A stretch of 55,260 nt of DNA, from assembly GCA_035548815.1 (NCBI GenBank), contig DASZSF010000004.1, positions 1-55,260 of the forward strand. Direction: 5' to 3'. The notes below the pieces were generated by a model, which was not told where the DNA came from, searched no databases, and saw nothing but the letters and a program-made list of their open reading frames with translations. The position numbers and the translations under genes were made by a program. Origin of the DNA: Minisyncoccota bacterium (GTDB lineage: Bacteria > Patescibacteriota > Minisyncoccia > Phycocordibacterales > SBAW01). Positions 43,706 through 53,700 of this stretch are shown here, in pieces; position 1 is the first letter of the stretch, and each line of letters opens with the position of its first letter.

Positions 43706-44692
43706 CTAGAATTTCCGGGCAAACGCAGCCCGGATAGCTTCTGCGATATCAAGCTCCGTCAGCTTGTATTCCTTATATAATTCCCCCGTCCGCCCTGACT
43801 GCCCGAAGCGGTCGCGGACTCCAATAAATTCCATAGGAACTGGTGACGTCTGTACGAGCAGCTCTGCTATCGCACTTCCGAACCCGCTGGCCACCTGGTG
43901 TTCTTCAACAGTAACGACAGCACCAGCGCTCTGTGCGGCTTTCACAACGGTTTTTTCATCCAAAGGCTTTATGGTATGCACGTTGAACACGGAGACCGCG
44001 ATTTCACTTTGAAGTATCTTTGCCGCACGAAGCGCGTTATGCAGGAGCGGGCCGGTAGCAAACACTGCGACTTGAGGATTCTCGCCGAGCCATAGCAACT
44101 CTGCTTTGCCAAACTCAAACGGAGTATCGCGGGTAGTGATGACAGGGGTTTTTTCGCGAGCAAGACGGATGTACACGGGTCCCGGATGCGCTGCGGCCGC
44201 GAACGCCGCCTTGCGCGCCTCCTCGCGGTCGGCGGGCGATACTACTGTCATGTTGGGCTGCGTGCGCATGAGCGCAAGATCTTCAAGCGCCTGATGCGTC
44301 GCGCCGTCGGGGCCAACGGAGAGCCCCGCATGCGAGCCGACGATTTTTACAGGAACATTGTTAAGCGAAATGGTCGTGCGGATCTGCTCGTTATTGCGGC
44401 CCGGGCTGAACGTCGCATATGAGGCAATGAAAGGAACCTTTCCGTAATTTGCCAGACCCGATGCCACCGCGGCCAAATTCTGCTCTGCGACGCCAAGCTC
44501 AATGTATCGGTCAGGATATTTTTCTTTAAACGGGAGCATGCGTGTCGATTCGGCAAGGTCAGCGCACAGCGCAACTACATCTTTATTTGTTTCGCCCAGT
44601 TCAAGCAGTGCCTCGCCAAAGCCATCACGTGTATACGCTTGTTCTGCGTCTTTTAAAACTTCGCTATGAAGTTTCTGCGATGGCACGAGCAT
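43706..44692 (-). CDS. Transketolase, C-terminal subunit (pyrimidine-binding plus C-terminal domains)
   Basis: 328 aa with RDGFGEALLELG and ELGVAEQNL. Confidence 0.88.
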   Translation of the reverse strand: MLVPSQKLHSEVLKDAEQAYTRDGFGEALLELGETNKDVVALCADLAESTRMLPFKEKYPDRYIELGVAEQNLAAVASGLANYGKVPFIASYATFSPGRNNEQIRTTISLNNVPVKIVGSHAGLSVGPDGATHQALEDLALMRTQPNMTVVSPADREEARKAAFAAAAHPGPVYIRLAREKTPVITTRDTPFEFGKAELLWLGENPQVAVFATGPLLHNALRAAKILQSEIAVSVFNVHTIKPLDEKTVVKAAQSAGAVVTVEEHQVASGFGSAIAELLVQTSPVPMEFIGVRDRFGQSGRTGELYKEYKLTELDIAEAIRAAFARKF

Positions 44693-44710
44693 ACATAAAG
44701 TATATCGCAG

Positions 44711-45228
44711 CTATTGAGGGATGATGGTAAGGCACCCGTTAGGGTCGCCACTTTGCGCTTCACCCCAACCCCACGTCGCTACACATGAAGGATGGCAGCT
44801 AGCGGGCGTCGGGTTTTCGAACAATGCATACACTACGGCGTATTTGCTTGTTGCACTTCCACACGCCGTATCAGCTGTAAAAGTTATGTAACGGTAGGTG
44901 CAACCGCCAAGGTAGTTTTCTTTAGGGACGCCTGAGGAAAATTCGCCGTCCGTCACAAGCGCGGAAAGCCAGCCGCCGCTGTTTGCCGTGTTCCCCCCTT
45001 CCCACACCCCCAGCATCCGCCACCGCCCGCAGTGGACGGAGGGTATGTGCCGTGATTGCTCGCATAGACCTCGAGCGCGGTTTGTATGGAGTGCATGTCA
45101 GCAAACCGCCTAGCATCACGAGCTTTACTACGAGCGCTCGACAGCGACACAAGTACGATCGACGACAAAATGCCGATGATGGCGATGACGACGAGAAGTT
45201 CTATCAACGTAAAGCCGCGGGGTTTCAT
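44711..45228 (-). pseudogene. Type IV pilin-like gene interrupted by a frameshift near a homopolymer run
   Basis: [23 protein letters not shown]... (ATG 45228) stops at 44953. The rest of a pilin-sized body continues in another frame (44711..45016). One extra G in the G5 run (plus-strand C5, 45007-45011) would restore ...[26 protein letters not shown]... Confidence 0.65.
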
Positions 45229-45239
45229 ATATATACCGG

Positions 45240-45764
45240 TCACCAGCCCGCCATGCCGGACGTATACACAGCAATGGCCCATGGCGCGTTGCCGTCCACA
45301 GTTGTATCGCTTGAGCCGCCATCGCGGCGCGGGTCCCACACCGCCTTGCTCATCGCCGCAGGATTTTCCGGCAGATGCGCGACAACTTTGTAGTCGGTGA
45401 GCGTGGAGCCGACCACGTAGCGCGTTCCCCATCCGCCGCAGTCGCTGCTCCCATTGTCACCCGTCGAATTAGGCGCCGTGGGTATGTTTGGCATATAAGG
45501 CGCGAGGGCCACCTGCAAAGACGCATAGTGGGTCGGGTCGGATTCGCATATTGTTACCGATATGTTGGGATACTGCCCGTTATGGTCCGACGCATACAAC
45601 TCAAGCGCATTCGCTATTTCTCGTATCTGCGCAAGCCGCGCCGCATCCCGCGCCTTGCTGCGGGCGGAATTGAGCGACACGAGCACCACGGACGCGAGCA
45701 CGCCGATGATGGCGATGACGACGAGAAGTTCTATCAACGTAAAGCCGCGTGTCTTGCTATGCAT
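45240..45764 (-). CDS. Type IV pilin-like protein (prepilin N-terminal cleavage/methylation signal)
   Basis: [41 protein letters not shown]. Confidence 0.85.
   Translation of the reverse strand: MHSKTRGFTLIELLVVIAIIGVLASVVLVSLNSARSKARDAARLAQIREIANALELYASDHNGQYPNISVTICESDPTHYASLQVALAPYMPNIPTAPNSTGDNGSSDCGGWGTRYVVGSTLTDYKVVAHLPENPAAMSKAVWDPRRDGGSSDTTVDGNAPWAIAVYTSGMAGW
45643..45736 (-). repeat. Pilin 5' module, 94 nt, identical to 46108-46201
   Basis: gcatcccgcgccttgctgcgggcggaattgagcgacacgagcaccacggacgcgagcacgccgatgatggcgatgacgacgagaagttctatca. Confidence 0.85.
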
Positions 45765-45767
45765 GTT

Positions 45768-46226
45768 CTAGTAGCAATATGTGCGGGTGGTGCCGGTGCG
45801 CAGCTTGCATGTGCCACTCCACACGCCCCAATAATAGGGGCTCGACGCGCAGTCGTTTTCCTGCGAGATCTGAATGCAGTAGTCGGTGCCGTTGGAAGTA
45901 TAATAGTACCATTCTTCGGGAGAGGCCGCGTTTATGGGATCTTGGGGCACAGTCGGAATATACGTCGGCGACAACCCCGGTATCCACGTAGATCCCGAAC
46001 CGCTATAGGCCCACGAACCGGCGCCGGTATTTGGATACGATCCGTTGTGATCGGATGCGTAGAGTTCAAGCGCGGTCACAAGGCTGTGCATGTCGGAAAG
46101 GCGCCGCGCATCCCGCGCCTTGCTGCGGGCGGAATTGAGCGACACGAGCACCACGGACGCGAGCACGCCGATGATGGCGATGACGACGAGAAGTTCTATC
46201 AGTGTGAAAGCGCGCGGCGTTTGCAT
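45768..46226 (-). CDS. Type IV pilin-like protein
   Basis: The ATG at 46226 gives [45 protein letters not shown]. Confidence 0.85.
   Translation of the reverse strand: MQTPRAFTLIELLVVIAIIGVLASVVLVSLNSARSKARDARRLSDMHSLVTALELYASDHNGSYPNTGAGSWAYSGSGSTWIPGLSPTYIPTVPQDPINAASPEEWYYYTSNGTDYCIQISQENDCASSPYYWGVWSGTCKLRTGTTRTYCY
46108..46201 (-). repeat. Pilin 5' module, copy 2
   Basis: Identical to 45643-45736. Identity with the 48464-48565 copy extends further upstream (tgtcggaaaggcgccgc). Confidence 0.85.
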
Positions 46227-46233
46227 TGTAGTG

Positions 46234-46680
46234 TTAGAAATTGCATGTGGGCGGACTTCCCCAGTCACCCACACCAACGTTTACCCCTGTTCTGCAATAT
46301 CCGCTCAGAACGTTTACGTAAACAAGTAAGCTGTAGCTGCTAGGACTTATGCCAGTCGTAATACCCGCCGAGTAATAACGATCACTATCTGAAATAAGAA
46401 CGCTTGGCATACTCGGCATATACTTTGGCACCAGTTTACCCACAAGAGTTGAATCGCTTAGCAACACGTCACCATTGCTGCTGCCGTTCGACGTTGGATA
46501 CCCCCCATTATCATTATTATATAGCTCCATGGCGGTTTTGAGGGATTTTACATCGGATATACGAGCTGCATCGAGTGCCTTTGTGCGAGCACTCGAAAGC
46601 GAAACCAAAACAATTGAGGCCAATACGCCGATAATGGCGATGACGACAAGCAGTTCGATGAGTGTAAACCCCCGCTTCAT
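46234..46680 (-). CDS. Type IV pilin-like protein
   Basis: The ATG at 46680 gives [38 protein letters not shown]. Confidence 0.85.
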   Translation of the reverse strand: MKRGFTLIELLVVIAIIGVLASIVLVSLSSARTKALDAARISDVKSLKTAMELYNNDNGGYPTSNGSSNGDVLLSDSTLVGKLVPKYMPSMPSVLISDSDRYYSAGITTGISPSSYSLLVYVNVLSGYCRTGVNVGVGDWGSPPTCNF

Positions 46681-46685
46681 GATAT

Positions 46686-47216
46686 TTAGCGCGGCACTGT
46701 CGCGGACGGAGTCATCATCGGTTCCATGACCGGCGCAGACGTCTGTTTGGAAGTTGGCCACACAAGCCAGGCGGAAAATGCTATGCAGGCTGCGGCAAGC
46801 GCGAGCATGACGACGTTCGCCTGCGCGGCGGTTTTGACGATCTTCATGCGTATAAGCAGGCCTATGATTCCCTTTTCCGCGGGCGCGGAAACATCCGCCC
46901 GGAATTGCTGCGATGCGGGGGCAGAGGCGGCGGATACGTTCTGATACGGATTCTGCGCTGCGGCTTCCTGCCGTCGCTTTTCCATCTCCGCCATAAAGTC
47001 AGCGGTCGGAGCCGCCGCAGCGGGCGTCGTCGGCATATGCACCTGCACAGGAGCAGGGACCGATGCAGAGGGCGCCGCAGGCCGTTCAAGTTCGGCGAAC
47101 GCATCCGAAATATCCCCCGCCGCCCAGCCCGCGGACGCGAGGGATTGCACGATCTGCTCTTTCGCGAACTGTGCCTCGTGCTCTCGTATATATGCGATTA
47201 GTTGCGGGTTTGCCAT
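46686..47216 (-). CDS. Hypothetical membrane protein (177 aa) inside the pilin block
   Basis: The ATG at 47216 gives MANPQLIAYIREHEAQFAKEQ... A Pro/Ala-rich linker is followed by a C-terminal TM helix, VVMLALAAACIAFSAWLVW. Confidence 0.55.
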   Translation of the reverse strand: MANPQLIAYIREHEAQFAKEQIVQSLASAGWAAGDISDAFAELERPAAPSASVPAPVQVHMPTTPAAAAPTADFMAEMEKRRQEAAAQNPYQNVSAASAPASQQFRADVSAPAEKGIIGLLIRMKIVKTAAQANVVMLALAAACIAFSAWLVWPTSKQTSAPVMEPMMTPSATVPR

Positions 47217-47229
47217 ACGGTATATAGTA

Positions 47230-48102
47230 TCACTCGTGCTCGCCCGCGACCTTGCCCCGCATGGTGCGCAGCTCATGCAGGAACTTCTTCGCGTCCGCGG
47301 GGCTGGGAGATTTGCCATGCCAGCGATAATCAAACTCAATCTCTTGTATACCTTTGCCTGGAATGGTGTGCGCAATAATCACGACCGGGCGCTCGTAAAT
47401 GGCGTGCGCCTGGTCGCACGCATCAGTAAATTCACGGATATTGTGGCCATCAACTTCGAGCACATGCCAATTGAACGCCTCGTATTTTTGCCGCAGATGT
47501 TCAAGGGGCATCACGTCTTCTGTCATGCCGTTTATTTGGATGTTGTTGCGGTCGACAATTGCCGTGAGATTCGAGAGCTTGTTGTTGGCGGCAAACATCG
47601 CCGCTTCCCACATATTTCCCGCATCATGTTCGCCATCGGACATCGCGCAAAATACGCGGTTCTTTTTGCCGTCCATGCGCAGCCCGTAGGCAATGCCCGC
47701 AGCTTGCGATAGGCCCGAACCCAGCGGCCCCGACGTTGTTTCAAGCCCGGGGAGACGCAGCCGTTCGGGATGCCCTTGGAGGCGGCTGCCGAATTTTCGC
47801 AGCGTCAAACATTCTTCAACCGGAAAATATCCCGCATGCGCCATCGCGGCGTAGCGCACCGGCACGATATGGCCGTTTGAAAGTATGAGCCTGTCGCGGC
47901 CGTCCCATTCAGGATGCTTTGGGTCATGGGCCAAAATATCAAAATACAGCGCCGCGAATATGTCAGCCATGCCCAAAGGACCTGCCGTGTGCCCGGAACC
48001 TGCCGCAACAAGCATCTCAATAATCGTCTCGCGGATGGCCTCCGCTTTTTTCTCGAGCGTTTGAATTTTTTGCTGGGTTCGGATCATCGCTGGATATAAC
48101 AT
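47230..48102 (-). CDS. Transketolase, N-terminal (TPP-binding) subunit
   Basis: GSGHTAGPLGMADI, TSGPLGSGL and MSDGEHDAGNMWEA are present. The start is ATG 48102 or ATG 48087. Confidence 0.88.
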   Translation of the reverse strand: MLYPAMIRTQQKIQTLEKKAEAIRETIIEMLVAAGSGHTAGPLGMADIFAALYFDILAHDPKHPEWDGRDRLILSNGHIVPVRYAAMAHAGYFPVEECLTLRKFGSRLQGHPERLRLPGLETTSGPLGSGLSQAAGIAYGLRMDGKKNRVFCAMSDGEHDAGNMWEAAMFAANNKLSNLTAIVDRNNIQINGMTEDVMPLEHLRQKYEAFNWHVLEVDGHNIREFTDACDQAHAIYERPVVIIAHTIPGKGIQEIEFDYRWHGKSPSPADAKKFLHELRTMRGKVAGEHE

Positions 48103-48109
48103 ACCACCC

Positions 48110-48592
48110 TTAATTGCCCAACCAGTAATAGTTAGGCCCGGCGGTCGTGCATGAGGAAGGCGCCGGAGAATGCACCGGGGAAAGCTGGCTTTCAAGATTT
48201 ACCGCAAGGACGTATCCCTGATTGTTGTTGATCGCGCAATAATGATAGAGATGGCAATCGGTCTGGCTGTAGCAATTTCCCAGGTCAACGTTCAGCGGGT
48301 CGGGTGGAAACGTCGAGATATAGCTTGTCGGCATCACCTGCGTCCAACAGCCCCAGCTGCTCCACATGTCTCCGCCGCCGCCGTTGCAGGCGGCATTTGG
48401 GTTCGGATACGCGCCATGGTCTACGTAGTACAGCTCGAGCGCAGCCTGCATGTTGTGTATGTCGGAAAGGCGCCGCGCATCCCGCGCCTTGCTGCGGGCG
48501 GAATTGAGCGACACGAGCACTACGGACGCGAGCACGCCGATGATGGCGATGACGACGAGAAGTTCGATGAGCGTAAAGCCGCGGGGTTTCAT
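48110..48592 (-). CDS. Type IV pilin-like protein
   Basis: [44 protein letters not shown]. Its start overlaps the rpe stop by 4 nt (ATGA). Confidence 0.85.
   Translation of the reverse strand: MKPRGFTLIELLVVIAIIGVLASVVLVSLNSARSKARDARRLSDIHNMQAALELYYVDHGAYPNPNAACNGGGGDMWSSWGCWTQVMPTSYISTFPPDPLNVDLGNCYSQTDCHLYHYCAINNNQGYVLAVNLESQLSPVHSPAPSSCTTAGPNYYWLGN
48477..48565 (-). repeat. Pilin 5' module, copy 3 (1 mismatch)
   Basis: Same sequence as 45643-45731, with a single C-to-T difference. Confidence 0.8.
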
Positions 48593-49224
48593 TGATTTGC
48601 TTCTTTCACAAGCGCTTCGTATGCTGCGCGGGGGTTGTCTGCATTGAGTATGGCCGACCCCGCCACCAGGCGCGACGCGCCCACATCGACCAGCGCCCTG
48701 ACGTGCCTGGTGCGTAGGCCACCGTCAACTTGAATAATATATGCGGGATGGAGCGCATGAATATGCTGCACAAGTGCGAGGGCCCGTTCGTCAAATGTCT
48801 GTCCTTGGCTTCCTTCGTGCGCAATGCCCATCACCTGCACATAATCATACAACCCCTCGAACGCGTCGAGCGCGCGTGGTGTTTCGTCAACTGCAAGCGC
48901 TATGCCAACTTCTGTTGCAAAGCTCCCTCCGCGTAAATGCTGCAACAGCAATAGAGCCTCATGAGCGCCTTTGTCACGCGCATGCACAATGATGCGCGAT
49001 GCGCCAAGTTCAATACAGTGCTCGACGTGCTGCTCGGGGTGCGGGAGCATCAGGTCAAACTCAAAATCAAATTCGTCCCACAACGGTAACGACTCTTCGT
49101 TCTTTAAAAAATCTGAACCGACCATATCTATTTGTACCGTAGCGCTCGCACCACGCAATCTCTCGAGCGCCACGCGAAGGTCATCGACCGAATGTTCTAA
49201 AACTGCAGGAATAATGTCGATCAT
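48589..49224 (-). CDS. rpe: Ribulose-phosphate 3-epimerase-like TIM-barrel protein (divergent)
   Basis: 211 aa in a pentose-phosphate context, with IIPAVL...VQIDMVGSDF...VDGG. The family assignment is moderately confident. Confidence 0.6.
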   Translation of the reverse strand: MIDIIPAVLEHSVDDLRVALERLRGASATVQIDMVGSDFLKNEESLPLWDEFDFEFDLMLPHPEQHVEHCIELGASRIIVHARDKGAHEALLLLQHLRGGSFATEVGIALAVDETPRALDAFEGLYDYVQVMGIAHEGSQGQTFDERALALVQHIHALHPAYIIQVDGGLRTRHVRALVDVGASRLVAGSAILNADNPRAAYEALVKEANQ

Positions 49225-49658
49225 GATAGTTTTGCGATACGGCGAACGTGACGCTCATCGTTTGAAAACGGCGTTTCAAGCCAGAGCGACACTGCTTCCT
49301 TTGCCTCTTCTTCCAACATAAACCGGGCGCCTAGTGCGAGCACATTTGCATCGTTATGCTGGCGCGAAAGAGTTAGGACCTCATGCGAGCCTCCATAGTA
49401 GACTGCGGCACGTACCCCGGGCGCTCTATTGCATACCATAGCCTCTCCTTGTCCCGAACCTCCTATGGCAATGCCTGAACTTCCCTTATTTTGAGCCACA
49501 TTTACTGCAAGCGGAACGATCGTGTCCGAGTAGTCGTCTCCTTCTATATATATAGAGGGGCCCAAGTCCTCAACATCTCTGCCCTGCTCGCGCAAAAAGT
49601 TGATAAGTTTTTGCTTTAGTTCAAATCCTGCATGGTCTGATGCAATGTAGATTTTCAT
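49221..49658 (-). CDS. rpiB: Ribose-5-phosphate isomerase B
   Basis: MKIYIASDHAGFELKQKL... with GSGQGEAMVCNR. Confidence 0.88.
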   Translation of the reverse strand: MKIYIASDHAGFELKQKLINFLREQGRDVEDLGPSIYIEGDDYSDTIVPLAVNVAQNKGSSGIAIGGSGQGEAMVCNRAPGVRAAVYYGGSHEVLTLSRQHNDANVLALGARFMLEEEAKEAVSLWLETPFSNDERHVRRIAKLS

Positions 49659-49665
49659 ACTCCTG

Positions 49666-50703
49666 CTATATTGTCTTAGCTAAGCGCGCAACATGCTCGA
49701 CAAGCGCATGCGTGTACCCCATTTCGTTGTCGTACCACGCCATCACCTTCACCAAGGTTCCGTCTATCACGCGCGTGAGCGATAAGTCGGCAATAGATGC
49801 GAATGACGAGCCAACAATGTCGCTTGAAACAAGCGGTTCATCGGTCACAGAAAATACTGGTTTCCATCTATCGCTCGCTGCCGCCTTTTTAAGAGCCATA
49901 TTTATCTCTTCTGTGCTTGTATGTTTTTTTGCAATGAATGTTATATCGGCAATTGAACCTGCAACAATTGGCACGCGAAGCGATATCCCATCGAACTTAC
50001 CAGCAAGCGAAGGAATGGCTTTCGTTACCGCAATCGCGGCGCCAGTTGAAGATGGCACGATATTTTGTGCACCCGCACGACCGTCGCGGAAGTCATCTTT
50101 ATATTTTGCTTTTTTAACTGGACCATCCACCAAATTCTGCGATGCGGTATAGCCATGCGTTGTCGAAAGCACTGCCTTCTCCACCCCGACTGCTTCGTCC
50201 AATATTTGAATGAGCGGACTTGAAGCGTTCGTCGTGCATGACGCATTCGAACTAATAGTCACTTTGCTAAAGGCGTCGTCATTAATGCCCACAAGAACGG
50301 TCGCGCCGGCGATGCCCTCTGGAGCTTCATCTTGTACAGGCGCCGTGATAACCACGCGTCTAGCACCAGCATCAATGTGCACTTTCGATTTTTCAAAGCT
50401 CGTGAAAAATCCTGTGCTTTCTATCACGATATCGACAGCAAGCTTGCCCCACGGAAGTTTTGAAGGGTCTGCTTCAGCATAGACTGGAATATCGCGGCCC
50501 TCGATCTGAAGCGAATGTTCACTTGCTGAAACATCGAACGGCGCTTTGCCATATACGCTGTCGTATTTGAGAAGATACGCCAAATTTTCAGCGCCGCCTA
50601 AGTCGTTGATGGCTACGACCTCAAATTCTGGCCGCTCATGTGCAACCCGCATAAACGCGCGGCCTATTCTTCCAAATCCATTAATTGCGATCCTTGTTGC
50701 CAT
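49666..50703 (-). CDS. gap: Glyceraldehyde-3-phosphate dehydrogenase
   Basis: The ATG at 50703 gives MATRIAINGFGRIGR. The catalytic SNASCTTN motif is present. Confidence 0.92.
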   Translation of the reverse strand: MATRIAINGFGRIGRAFMRVAHERPEFEVVAINDLGGAENLAYLLKYDSVYGKAPFDVSASEHSLQIEGRDIPVYAEADPSKLPWGKLAVDIVIESTGFFTSFEKSKVHIDAGARRVVITAPVQDEAPEGIAGATVLVGINDDAFSKVTISSNASCTTNASSPLIQILDEAVGVEKAVLSTTHGYTASQNLVDGPVKKAKYKDDFRDGRAGAQNIVPSSTGAAIAVTKAIPSLAGKFDGISLRVPIVAGSIADITFIAKKHTSTEEINMALKKAAASDRWKPVFSVTDEPLVSSDIVGSSFASIADLSLTRVIDGTLVKVMAWYDNEMGYTHALVEHVARLAKTI

Positions 50704-50724
50704 ACCTTTCAATTATTACATGTA

Positions 50725-53700
50725 TTATTCGCTGATAATGACTGTCCGTGTTGCCGTCCCTGTATTCCCTGCCTCATCGATTGCGCTGTAGAGGATCATG
50801 TGCGAACCTGCCGTTGATGTATCGAGCTGAAACTCTGCAGGAGACGTGCTTGTTGCTCCATCAAGCGACATTCTGTAGCCAATATTTGGACTGCCCGCGT
50901 CTACTATAGTAACGCCCATGTCACTATAGACATCGCCCACATGGAGTTCTGCCGGATCATCACCCTGTACCGTCAGCGCAGGCGGAGTTGTATCGGTTGA
51001 AGACGCGTTGCCAGAGTTTGGAGGCGTCGAAGCAGAACTCTCTCCCGCGGCGCCTACACCACTGGAAGAGTTCTGCGCAGATGCCGAAGAAGCGCCTGAA
51101 AGCAGCTGGTCAAGTTGACTCCGAGTGATGCAGGTCTCGCCCGAGTCGTCGCTGATGCAGAGCTGGTCAGTATGAATTTCGTGCGCGAACACCTTGTTGA
51201 ACACACCGACAGTCGCATATACGGCGGTGTTGAACAGCTTGACCACTGTGCTGCCGATGCCGCCTATAGCGCCGCGCAAAGCGCCCGAGAACGTAGCGGC
51301 CGTCGAAGAGGCGGCGAGCGCCGCGGCGCTCGTGGTTGCGTTGAGTGCATCGCCTATCGCCTCGATCGGTGTGCCCTGCTGGGGGTCGACGTAGACCATG
51401 ATCTGGTCGTCGCCCGCGGCGCCCGCGGCCGTCGAAGAGGCGGTGCCGTAGTCCACCAGTGCGCGGCCGACGCTCGTGTCGAGCGGATCGGCCTTCATGC
51501 CGACGCCCGGCACCGACGACTGCGTGATGCGGTCGCCGACCTTGATGGGGCCGTTTTCGAGCGAAACGCGCATCGGCACGCGACCTGCCATGGAAAGGAG
51601 GATGTGCGACTGGTGCCACTGCGTCTTAAGGTCGGTCGCGACATCCGACTGGATGTCGTTACCGGTATAGGACGGGTAGTTCGACACGGCGCCGATGAGC
51701 ATGTCGTCGTGCGCGCGGCCGCACAGACCGTAGGTGTCGGGCGAGGTGCCCTGCATGCAGATCAGCGAACCGTCGGGGTAGTCGGCCGCTGCAGTGCCGG
51801 GAACGGGGTCCACATATTCAGCGTAGTCGGCGCCCTGCAAGCGCGAGCCAGCGAAATTGGTGTTGATGGCTGAACCGGAGATGGTGGTGCTCGTATCCGA
51901 ATAGCCGTCGCCTACAATGTAGTCCGTCGTACCATTCATGTCGACGATAGCGACTGCCGTCGCAATGGTGACGTTCCCTTGGGAGCCCGACTGCTCGACT
52001 ATATTTCCAAGCGCAGAGCCGTTTTTTGCAATAGCCGCGTAGCACGAGCCGGTAACACCGCAATAGACGTTGAGTCGGATGAGGTATTTGCCCGGCACCG
52101 TCGGCGTGAAGCGGCCGGTCCCCGTGTCGAAGTTATTGTTGGTGTCGAAGATTTCATGCGACCAGGTGAGCTGGGTGTAGGTAGAAAGTGATACGCTCTG
52201 GTCCGTGCCGTTCTTGTCCACACTGAACGCGGGCACTGCGCCCGTCGCATAGAGGCACGTGCCCGCCACGCGGAAGCAGCTGCCGGACGAGACGTTGATG
52301 TCGCCGCTTACATCGAGCTTGTACTGCGGGTTGGTGTTGCCAATACCGACGTTGCCATTCCCCACAAGCGTCATCACAGTTGCCTGTGTCGTTGCTGAGG
52401 CATTGCTGACTAGGAAAAACATCTTGTTGTTTGCGAGCGTACTGCCATCAAAGTTGTTCGCAATTCCACTGCGGTAATTCCCCGACGCGTCATATGTAAA
52501 CAGAAGATCGCTTACGCCTGCGTTATTCGCCGAGAGAACATTAAGTTTCGCTTGCGGAGCGGTGACGCCTATGCCGACGTTGCCGCCTGTCGCCTGCAAC
52601 AGCACGTAGCCAGTGGTGCCATTGCCCACGCCCGCGCCACCCGCGCCACCCGAGATGCTTACCGAGCCGCCGTTGCCGCCGGCGGTGAATAAGCCAGTTG
52701 CACCTGGGCCGCCTGCCAGCACGATGCCGCTGCCGTTCGCCCCATTGCCCGTCATCGTGCCGCCCTGGATATACGCACTGATAGCGGTGTTAGTCGCGCC
52801 CAAGACCGACAGGGTCGCGCTGGGCGAAGTGGAGCCGATGCCGACGTTGCCGCTTGAGGTGATGTGGAGGTGGTCCGCCGTGATGCCTGAGCCGAGAATG
52901 ACGGGGCCACCGTTAGTGGTTATAGCGAGCGCCGCGTTCGAGGTGCTCTGCCAAATGGTGTTGCTCGTGTCGCCACCGTTAAGTCTAAGTGTGCTGCCCG
53001 CATAGAGATAGCCACTCGTGGTAACTGCTGCGCCGTGCTGCACGTAGAGTGCGCCATTGCCGAGCGAAACGTCGCCGCTCGTGTCGCTTATCGTGAGCGG
53101 CCGCAGCGAATTCCAGCCGCCGTACTGGTCGCCCGACGCGGTAAGGAGGAAGTAAAAGTTGGAGCCATCGTTGTAGAGCATGTCGCCGTAATTGCCATTC
53201 ACCGCGCGGAAGGCGACGGCGTTGGTTGACTGCACCTCGGCGCTCGCGCGCAGCGACCCGCCGAGATCTATCGAGCCCCATGCGCTGCCTGTCCAGTATC
53301 CGATCGTCGCACGGTCGGTCGCCGTCTCGGGCTTGAACGTCAAGAATTTCGTCCCCGCCGTATTCTGTACCGTGAGTGTATCGCTGCCGTTGCTCGCGGC
53401 CTTGACCGAAAGCACGCCCTTGTTCACCGACAGATTCGTCGCAGTGCTGCCGTCGCCCACGTACACGCTGCCGCCGTTGTTGTAGTTGATGTACGTGGCG
53501 ATCGACGATTGATCGGGATTGATATGGACGATGCCTCCGCCGGAATATAGGCGCGTCGTGTTGGAGCCGTCCACGCTAAGGACGCTGACTGCGGTGCCGC
53601 CCGAATTCTTTATCTGGTACGCCGTGTTGTTGGCAAGCACGAGGTTGCCCTGGAGCATGTTGGTGTCGTTGCTCTGCTGCAAGAGAGAGCCGTAATAGCT

